Shown piece after piece: positions 1-6,696 of a DNA stretch of 26,805 nucleotides. This DNA comes from Abditibacteriaceae bacterium. Lineage in GTDB: Bacteria; Armatimonadota; Abditibacteriia; Abditibacteriales; Abditibacteriaceae. Numbering within the stretch: the first letter of the stretch is position 1; each line of letters begins with the position of its first letter. The position numbers and the translations under genes were made by a program. The stretch is from assembly GCA_031425655.1 (NCBI GenBank), contig JANPJS010000113.1:1-26805 (forward strand), in the 5' to 3' direction. The notes below the pieces were generated by a model. It saw nothing but the letters and a program-made list of their open reading frames with translations, was not told the DNA's origin and did no database searches.

Positions 1-44
1 CCGCTCACGGTGCAGTTGGTGGCCGTCAGCGTGCCTCTGGAGAG

Positions 45-1790
45 CTACATGTCGATGAAAATAGAGCAGAGGCGATTGCAGCTCGGGGTGCACATGGTGC
101 CCCGAATCGAGAAGCCGTCGGTGTAGATGCAGCTGCCACTCTTGCCGCTCAGAGTGCAGGTGGTGACCGTCAGCGTGCCGCGGTTGACGATGCCTCTGCT
201 ACCGTAGCTGATGGTCACAGTGCAGTTGGTAGCCGTCAGCGTGCCGCGGTTGACGATGCCGTAGAAATTGCGGCTCAGAGTGCAGTTGGTGGCCGTCAGC
301 GTGCCGTCGTTGTAGATGCCGCTGCCACTATTGCCGCTCAGGGTGCAGTTGGTGACTGTCACCGTGCCGCCGTCGTTGTTGATGCCGGAATCGCCGTTGC
401 TGATGGTCAGGCCGCTCAGAATCGCGGTCACTCCGGTTTCCACCGTGAAAATGTCGAACGCGGTAGGCGACGTGGCTTTGACCGTCAGCAGATTTGCGCC
501 GGGTCCGGTTACGGTGATCGTCGTGCTGAGGTTCGGCAACACGGTATCAAGCGAGATGGTTTGCGCGCTGCCGAAGACCGTCGTGTCGAAAGTGATGATG
601 CTGGTATTGGCATTGGCGTTGGCCACCGGGATCGCTTCGCGCAAGGTGCAGTCGAGCACGCCACAGATGCCGTCGTTGGTGTCGGCTTTGCTGTTGACCA
701 CAAAGTTTGGGCCACTTTGTGACGAGTCCGGGAAACTCGATTCGAAGGCGCCAATGTCCACTGTGCCGTGCTGAATGCGCGGGAAGCCGCTGCCGCGCTG
801 GTCGAAGGTCAGCGGTGTGGTGCCGTCAGCCTCGACGGCGAGCGCATTATCGCCCGCGTTGAACGCCGTGCCGCGTGTCGTCAGCGCAATGGTCAAGGTC
901 GGCCCGCCGTTGTTCTTGAGTCCTGCCGGGTCGAGGCCCGCCGCCGCCGCTGTGCCGCTGGTGATGTTGTTCCCGCCATTGGTGATGGTGCCCAAGGTAT
1001 TGGTCGCGTTGCCGGCGACGAGCGTGTTCTTGAGCGTCATCATCGTGCCGTAGTTGGCGATGCCGGTGCTGTTGCTGCTCAGGGTGCAGTTGGTAGCCGT
1101 CAGCGTGCTGAAGTTCTGGATGCCGGACTCGGTGTTGCCACTCATTGTGCAGTTGGTGACCGTGGTATCGAAGTTGTTGACGATGCCGAAGCTGTTGCTG
1201 CTCAACGTGCAGTCGGTGGCCGTCAGAACGCTTTCGTTGTTGATGCCGGACTGGGTGTTGCCGCTCAGGGTGCAGTTGGTGACCGTGGTCTCGAAGTTGT
1301 TGACGATGCCTGTGATACCGTCGCTGATGGTCAGTCCGCTGAGGGTCACCCTCACGCCATTGGCCACGGTGAAAATATCGAACGCGCCCTGCGCTGTGGC
1401 TTTGACCGTCAACAGGTTAGCGCCGGGCCCGGTGATGGTGATCGGCGTGCTCAGGCTCGGCAACACAGTATCGAGCGAGATGGACTGCGCGGCGGCGAAA
1501 ACCGTCGCGTCGAAAGTGATGGTGTCGGCATCCGTCGCGCCGTTGGCGGCATTGAGAGCGCCGCGCAAGTCGCAATCGTTGGCGGCGGCGGTGCAGGCGC
1601 TCACGTTGGTGTCGCCTGTGCGATCCACCTCGAAGGTCGCGGCGCGGGCGGTGCCACACAGCAGGCAGGACAACAGGCACAGGGCTGGCAGGCGAGTGAG
1701 TAGAAAACCGCCGCGCACCAGCGCCGCAACATAGGACAATGTTGCCGACAACGGCAACCGGCGGCAGGAGGCCGCATCCGAATTCTTCAT
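45..1790 (-). CDS. Secreted CSLREA-domain / parallel beta-helix repeat protein with choice-of-anchor Q domain; 3' end degenerate, true gene probably continues past window edge
   Basis: Signal-peptide-like N-terminus (..CGTARA/ATF). Two CSLREA-type modules (DCDLRGALNAAN; DCTLREAIPVAN). TxTNCTLSGN beta-helix repeats. Choice-of-anchor Q motifs NNGGPTLTIAL...DQRG..PR...VDIGAFE. The repeat resumes in frame after the TAG at 45-47. Confidence 0.8.
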   Translation of the reverse strand: MKNSDAASCRRLPLSATLSYVAALVRGGFLLTRLPALCLLSCLLCGTARAATFEVDRTGDTNVSACTAAANDCDLRGALNAANGATDADTITFDATVFAAAQSISLDTVLPSLSTPITITGPGANLLTVKATAQGAFDIFTVANGVRVTLSGLTISDGITGIVNNFETTVTNCTLSGNTQSGINNESVLTATDCTLSSNSFGIVNNFDTTVTNCTMSGNTESGIQNFSTLTATNCTLSSNSTGIANYGTMMTLKNTLVAGNATNTLGTITNGGNNITSGTAAAAGLDPAGLKNNGGPTLTIALTTRGTAFNAGDNALAVEADGTTPLTFDQRGSGFPRIQHGTVDIGAFESSFPDSSQSGPNFVVNSKADTNDGICGVLDCTLREAIPVANANANTSIITFDTTVFGSAQTISLDTVLPNLSTTITVTGPGANLLTVKATSPTAFDIFTVETGVTAILSGLTISNGDSGINNDGGTVTVTNCTLSGNSGSGIYNDGTLTATNCTLSRNFYGIVNRGTLTATNCTVTISYGSRGIVNRGTLTVTTCTLSGKSGSCIYTDGFSIRGTMCTPSCNRLCSIFIDM

Positions 1791-2191
1791 GATAAATTCC
1801 TCTTTTCACCAACACTATTGGCAGGCAAATATGCCTTCGGCCTGAACGTGATGATGGGCGCTGTCACATGGCAACGCCGCAAGCAGATAATGCGCGCTGA
1901 AGCCGCTTTAAGGCTCCAACGCGACGCGAAACCGCATTAATAAGTTGATAAAGGGAAGAAAAGAAGAGGGAGAGATCACGCGGCTGAATAGCCTCAATGT
2001 GACTTCTACTCCGGCTGCCTTGATCCGGTTATCCTGATTGAATCCGAAATAATTAAGTCCGGTAAAGCGCAGCAACCAGTGAAAAGCGACGGGCCGAGCA
2101 GATTACTGCATTTTTTGACTGCTCGGCGATAACCAATCGCAATTAATTCCATTTTAGCCGCTGGATTTGATTCCAACAAGGTGGTTTTTAA

Positions 2192-2399
2192 GAGTCTGTC
2201 TTCACGCTTTCAAGGAAAGTGTTCCAGAGTGAGGCGAACGCTGATTACGGCAGAAATTCGGCAAAGATAGCAGAAAAATAGAAAGGAAAGTGGGTGCAAA
2301 CAGCGAAATCGTTGAGAGACGAACCGTCCTTCTCCCTCTGCATCGTCCACATTTTTCCTAACGAACACAACGAATTTCTCGCTGCGTGAAGACAGGCTC
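2192..2399. mobile_element. MITE (208 bp) with 16-bp terminal inverted repeats and TAA target duplication, IS5-family-like ends
   Basis: GAGTCTGTCTTCACGC (2192-2207) versus GCGTGAAGACAGGCTC (2384-2399) is a 15/16 inverted match. TAA flanks both sides (2189-2191, 2400-2402). No internal transposase. Confidence 0.7.
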
Positions 2400-2403
2400 T
2401 AAA

Positions 2404-2781
2404 TTAACCCCGCCGTTCATCGGCGCGACGTTCGGCGTTGCGGCGCTCGGCTTCACGGCGTTCTTCGGCGCGGCGGTCGGTGTTGCGCCGTTCGCGGGCG
2501 CCGATGCCGGACGCTTCGATAGTGCGCGCCAAAGCCACGTCTTTTTCGGTCACACCGCCTTCGGAATGCGTGGAAAGCGACAGGCGAACCTGATCGTAAT
2601 TGATGCTGATGTCGGGATGATGCTCGGCATCGTCGGCCATTTCTGCGACGGCGTTGGTGAAAGCAATCGCCTCGCGGAAATTCTCAAACTTCCACTCTTT
2701 CGAGATGGCGTCGTTTTCGAACGACCAACCTTCGAGACCTTTCAACACCGAAGCGACGGTTTCCAAATCAAGTTGCGGCAT
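2404..2781 (-). CDS. phhB: Pterin-4-alpha-carbinolamine dehydratase with Arg/Glu-rich C-terminal tail
   Basis: Motifs FxNFREAIAF..AE..EHHPDI....V.L.LSTHSEGGVTEKD. SD AAAGGAG upstream. Confidence 0.9.
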   Translation of the reverse strand: MPQLDLETVASVLKGLEGWSFENDAISKEWKFENFREAIAFTNAVAEMADDAEHHPDISINYDQVRLSLSTHSEGGVTEKDVALARTIEASGIGARERRNTDRRAEERREAERRNAERRADERRG

Positions 2782-2844
2782 GGCGGCTCCTTTTCAATCG
2801 AACGGCCTTAGTTTCGCAGGAAACGTGCCCAATCCAAAACGCGG

Positions 2845-2853
2845 TGCTAAAAT
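2845..2853 (+). promoter_or_regulatory. Extended -10 element (TGcTAAAAT) for xylB
   Basis: TGn-TAAAAT about 40 nt upstream of ATG 2893; SD GGAGA at 2882-2886. Confidence 0.45.
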
Positions 2854-2892
2854 AAGGCGCAATCTTTTAACGTAAATTTGCGGAGAACACTC

Positions 2893-4413
2893 ATGGCTTA
2901 TTTAATCGGCATTGACATCGGCACCAGCGGCACCAAAGTCTTGGCAATTGACGAATCCGGCAAAGTCGCGGCGACGGCCTCGGCGGAATATCCACTTTCG
3001 ACGCCGCGCCCTTTATGGGCCGAACAGCGCGCCGAGGATTGGTGGGAAGCCACTTGCACCTGCTTGAAACAGGTTTTGCAAATCGTGCCGCCCGAAGACG
3101 TGGCCGGCGTCGGACTTTCGGGGCAAATGCACGGTTTAGTTATGCTCGACAGCGCGCATAACGTGATTCGCCCGGCGATTCTCTGGTGCGATCAGCGCAC
3201 GCAGGCGCAATGCGATTACATCACCGATACCGTCGGGCGCGATTTATTGGTTTCCGAGACCGCCAATCCGGTTTTAACCGGCTTCACGGCACCCAAAATC
3301 ATCTGGGTGCGCGACAACGAACCGCAAAATTATGACCGCGCCAAAATGCACCTTTTGCCCAAAGATTACGTGCGCTTCATGCTGACGGGCGAATTCGCAA
3401 CGGAAGTCTCCGACGCTTCGGGCACCAGCCTTCTTAATGTGCCCGAACGCCGCTGGAGCGACGCGGTTTTGAGCAAATTAGGCATCCCCAAAGAGCATTT
3501 GCCGAAGGTTTACGAAAGTTATGAAATCAGCGGCAAAATCAGCGCGCGTGGCGCACTTGCGACGGGACTGAAAGAAGGCACGCCGGTCGCGGGCGGCGGC
3601 GGTGATCAGGCGGCGGGCGCGGTCGGCAACGGCATCGTGCAAAGCGGCATTATTTCGGTCACAACCGGCACGTCGGGCGTAGTTTTCGCCTTCGCCGACA
3701 AGCCTGCGGTTGATCCACAATTGCGCGTTCACACCTTCTGCCACGCGGTTCCCGGCCAGTGGCACGTTATGGGCGTCATGCTTTCGGCGGGCGGCAGTTT
3801 GCGCTGGTATCGAGACACCTTAGCGCAAACCGAAAAGCAAGTCGCGGGCTTGATGGACATGGATCCGTATGAACTCATCACGCGCGAAGCCGCGACTGTC
3901 CCGCCGGGTGCCGAAGGTCTGCTCTTTTTGCCCTATTTGACCGGCGAACGCACGCCGCATCCCGACCCGCAGGCGCGCGGCGCTTTTGTCGGCCTGACGG
4001 TGCGGCATACCAAAGCGCACTTAGGCCGCGCGGTTTTGGAAGGCGTGGCGTTCGGCCTGCGCGATTCGCTGGAAATCCTCAAAAGCATGGGCGTTTCTAT
4101 CGGAAATGTGCGCGCCAGCGGCGGCGGAGCGCGCAGCGAAGTCTGGCGGCAAATTCAGACCGATATTTTCAATTTGCCGCTTACGACGATCAACATTGAC
4201 GAAGGCCCGGCATTGGGCGTGGCGCTCTTGGCCGGTGTGGGCGCTGGGCTTTACAGCAGCATCGAAGAAGCCTGCTCAACCGTGATTAAAGTTAGCGGCC
4301 AGACGCCGGTCAATGCCGAAGCCGCCGCACAATATGAAAAGTATTACGAGGTTTATCGCGCGCTTTATCCGGCGCTCAAAGACCAATTCGCGGCGATTGG
4401 CGACTTGGTTTAA
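2893..4413 (+). CDS. xylB: Xylulokinase (FGGY carbohydrate kinase)
   Basis: GIDIGTSGTK, GLSGQMHG, PAILWCDQR, LLPKDY, DASGT, GGGDQAAGA, LPYLTGERTP, GGGARS motifs. ATG 2893 follows GGAGA. Confidence 0.92.
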   Translation: MAYLIGIDIGTSGTKVLAIDESGKVAATASAEYPLSTPRPLWAEQRAEDWWEATCTCLKQVLQIVPPEDVAGVGLSGQMHGLVMLDSAHNVIRPAILWCDQRTQAQCDYITDTVGRDLLVSETANPVLTGFTAPKIIWVRDNEPQNYDRAKMHLLPKDYVRFMLTGEFATEVSDASGTSLLNVPERRWSDAVLSKLGIPKEHLPKVYESYEISGKISARGALATGLKEGTPVAGGGGDQAAGAVGNGIVQSGIISVTTGTSGVVFAFADKPAVDPQLRVHTFCHAVPGQWHVMGVMLSAGGSLRWYRDTLAQTEKQVAGLMDMDPYELITREAATVPPGAEGLLFLPYLTGERTPHPDPQARGAFVGLTVRHTKAHLGRAVLEGVAFGLRDSLEILKSMGVSIGNVRASGGGARSEVWRQIQTDIFNLPLTTINIDEGPALGVALLAGVGAGLYSSIEEACSTVIKVSGQTPVNAEAAAQYEKYYEVYRALYPALKDQFAAIGDLV

Positions 4414-4490
4414 CGAACCCGAAGCCTTGCCCAGAGGGCACCCAGCGACGGGCTAAAATTATCGCCCGTCGCTCACGCTCCGGGTTCGTT
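4412..4490. repeat. REP-like palindrome between convergent genes, carrying a 15-nt insertion in the left arm
   Basis: AACGAACCCGAAGC (4412-4425) pairs with GCTCCGGGTTCGTT (4477-4490). AGCGACGGGC (4444-4453) pairs with GCCCGTCGCT (4464-4473). Confidence 0.8.
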
Positions 4491-4503
4491 TTGGTGGCCT
4501 CGT

Positions 4504-5286
4504 TTACACCAAAGTTCCTTTCAGCCATACCACAGTGGTTTCCATCAGTTCTTTTTCCCAATCCAGCCGGTTGAATGTATGGTCAGCGCCCGCAATTATG
4601 TGCAGTTCCGATTGAAGCAGCGCCGCCTGATAATCGTATGCGTGATCGAGAGTCACAGTTGCATCAGCGTCGCCGTGAACCACGAGCGCCGGGTTGAAAT
4701 ACGAATCAAGCTCCTGCAAAGGGTCTACGCGCGCCGCGCTGTCGAAAAACGCCTGACTGACGATATTTCCATACCAATCCACCCAGCCGTGCGCCGCCAA
4801 AAACGCTTCGGCTTCGGGCGAAACGCGCTGTTTGAGCGAACGCATAATCGAAGCCGTCGCCGCCCACAAACACAGCGCCTTAATTTGTTCGCTGCGCCCT
4901 GCCGCGCACGCCGAAACCAAGCCGCCCAAACTCAAACCGATCAGCGCCAATTTGGTGCGATCCACACCCGGCTGCGCGCTTATCCAATGAATCACATTGA
5001 GCGCATCGGCGATTTCAGTTTCCGGCGTCGTATCCGCAAATTCGCCGTCGCTTTCGCCGCTGCCGACGAAATCGAAGCGCGCCACAAGGAAGCCCTCACT
5101 GGCCAAACGTCGCGCGGTTTTCACAAATAAGCGATGCGGCTCGACACGCGAGCCGGTAAAACCATGCCACATCATCACGGCGGGATAGCGGCGACTTGTC
5201 GAAAAGTCAGCGGGCCGATGAATCATGCCGCGCATCGTTTGCCCGCGCGATACGACTTCGGCGTAGATTTCGTTATTTTTGGTCAC
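4504..5286 (-). CDS. Alpha/beta-fold hydrolase (esterase / serine aminopeptidase S33-like)
   Basis: HGFTG oxyanion motif, RFDFVGSGESDG, nucleophile GLSLGG, HGDAD acid, GADH histidine. Confidence 0.9.
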   Translation of the reverse strand: MTKNNEIYAEVVSRGQTMRGMIHRPADFSTSRRYPAVMMWHGFTGSRVEPHRLFVKTARRLASEGFLVARFDFVGSGESDGEFADTTPETEIADALNVIHWISAQPGVDRTKLALIGLSLGGLVSACAAGRSEQIKALCLWAATASIMRSLKQRVSPEAEAFLAAHGWVDWYGNIVSQAFFDSAARVDPLQELDSYFNPALVVHGDADATVTLDHAYDYQAALLQSELHIIAGADHTFNRLDWEKELMETTVVWLKGTLV

Positions 5287-5334
5287 GAGCGAATTTTAAT
5301 CAAAACGCGTGCGATAGGGCTAAAATCCTGCGTT

Positions 5335-5455
5335 TGAATGGGACGCGGAGCTTCGCCACGCGGGTTTCACGCGCAGGTTTTCGCCGATCAATTCAACGAA
5401 CAACAGCGTTAATCTGCGCATGAAATCCGCGTAGCGAAGCTCCGCGTTCTATTCA
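5335..5455. repeat. Long REP/REPIN-like inverted repeat between divergent genes
   Basis: 45-nt arms 5335-5379 and 5411-5455, 39/45 complementary. Each arm has an internal hairpin (CGCGTAGCGAAGCTCCGCG-type). Confidence 0.85.
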
Positions 5456-5473
5456 GAGGCTAAACTGCCGCGC

Positions 5474-5953
5474 ATGAGCAACAAACACGATTGCGGGCGC
5501 GAACTTATCGCGCGCGTAATCTTAATTCACAACGATTGCCTGCTGGTCAATCAAGGCTTCAGCAAAAAGCTGGGGCAAAGTTATTTCGCCCTGCCCGGCG
5601 GCCACGTTGATCCCGGCGAATCGTGCGCGCAGGCCGTTGCGCGCGAATGCTTCGAAGAATTGGAAATCGAAGTCGAAATCGGCGATATTTGCTTCGTTTG
5701 CGAGCAAATTTACGCCGGACGCGGCCAAAACGATAAACAGCGGCACGAACTCACACTGCTTTTTCGCGGCGCCTTGAAAACCGTTCCACAACGAGACGGC
5801 GACAAAATTCTCAGTCCCGAAGCCGATAAAAATTTCCGCTGGCTGCCGCTGACAGAACTTGCCGAAGCGCCGATTTTGCCCCGCGCTATCAAACAGTTTT
5901 TGTTGAACGAAACCACATCTCCGCGCTATGCCTTCCACGATGAAACCCGCTGA
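5474..5953 (+). CDS. NUDIX hydrolase
   Basis: Nudix box LPGGHVDPGESCAQAVARECFEELEI. Confidence 0.9.
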   Translation: MSNKHDCGRELIARVILIHNDCLLVNQGFSKKLGQSYFALPGGHVDPGESCAQAVARECFEELEIEVEIGDICFVCEQIYAGRGQNDKQRHELTLLFRGALKTVPQRDGDKILSPEADKNFRWLPLTELAEAPILPRAIKQFLLNETTSPRYAFHDETR

Positions 5954-6629
5954 CAACGCCGAAAACATGATTTCACTGCGCGGCATTAGCAAAATCTATT
6001 CTGTCGAAGACCGATTGGTGCAGGCTTTAGGCGGCGTGGATTTAGACGTGCCGCGCGGCCAGTTTTTGGCGCTCGTCGGACGCAGCGGCTGTGGCAAATC
6101 CACGCTGCTCAATTTATTGGGCGGGCTGGACAAACCCAGCGACGGCAGTTTGCAAGTCAACGGCGTCGAAGTGCCGACTTTGAGCGAAAATCTGCTGACG
6201 GAATATCGCCGCTCGACCGTCGGCATCGTGTTTCAGTTTTTCAATTTAATGCCGCTGCTCACCGTTTTGGAAAATGCCACGCTGCCGGCGTTGTTGGCCG
6301 GAAAAAACCGCGCCGAAGTCGCAAAACGCGCCGAAGAATTGTTAGACGCTGTTGGATTGGGCGAACGCTTGCATCAGCAAGCCTCGCTGCTATCGGGCGG
6401 CGAAATGCAGCGCGTGGCCGTGGCGCGGGCGCTGATTAACGACCCGCCGCTGATTTTAGCCGACGAGCCGACCGGAAATCTCGATTCCAAAAGCGCCGAA
6501 GTGGTTTTAACAGCCCTGCGCCAACTGACCAAAAGCGGCGAAAAAACCGTGGTCATGGTTACGCACTCGCGCGAAGCCGCCGCCATCGCCGACATTGCGC
6601 GCGAAATGCGCGACGGAAAATTCGTTTAA
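5940..6629 (+). CDS. ABC transporter ATP-binding protein (LolD/MacB-like); start uncertain (5928/5940/5967)
   Basis: Walker A GRSGCGKS, Q-loop IVFQFFNL, signature LSGGEMQRVAVARAL, Walker B ILADEPTGNLD, H-loop VTH. Confidence 0.9.
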   Translation: MKPADNAENMISLRGISKIYSVEDRLVQALGGVDLDVPRGQFLALVGRSGCGKSTLLNLLGGLDKPSDGSLQVNGVEVPTLSENLLTEYRRSTVGIVFQFFNLMPLLTVLENATLPALLAGKNRAEVAKRAEELLDAVGLGERLHQQASLLSGGEMQRVAVARALINDPPLILADEPTGNLDSKSAEVVLTALRQLTKSGEKTVVMVTHSREAAAIADIAREMRDGKFV

Positions 6630-6696
6630 CCACAAAAAGCACAAAAGGCACAAAAAACGGTTTTCTTTGTGCCTTTTGTGCTTTTTGTGGTTAAAC
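6624..6696. repeat. Perfect 31-bp inverted repeat of 9-nt CACAAAA(A/G)G units between convergent genes
   Basis: GTTTAACCACAAAAAGCACAAAAGGCACAAA (6624-6654) and its exact reverse complement (6666-6696). Contains both stop codons. Confidence 0.92.

Noticed and set aside
45..47. Programmed TAG readthrough (pyrrolysine or recoding)
   Set aside because: The codons around the TAG are also degenerate, no pyl genes are seen, and decay or sequence error is simpler.
45..350. Diversity-generating retroelement VR/TR pair in the AAC-rich repeats
   Set aside because: Differences between repeat copies include G>T, T>G and indels, not adenine-only changes, and there is no reverse transcriptase in the window.
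316..1734. Plus-strand ORFs 316-774, 768-1703, 775-1053, 1054-1734
   Set aside because: Antisense shadows of the repetitive CSLREA gene with no family motifs.
1791..2188. Riboswitch or ncRNA in the long leader of the CSLREA gene (hairpin GCCGAGCAG/CTGCTCGGC at 2093-2127)
   Set aside because: No recognisable aptamer consensus by eye; an Rfam/Infernal scan would be needed.
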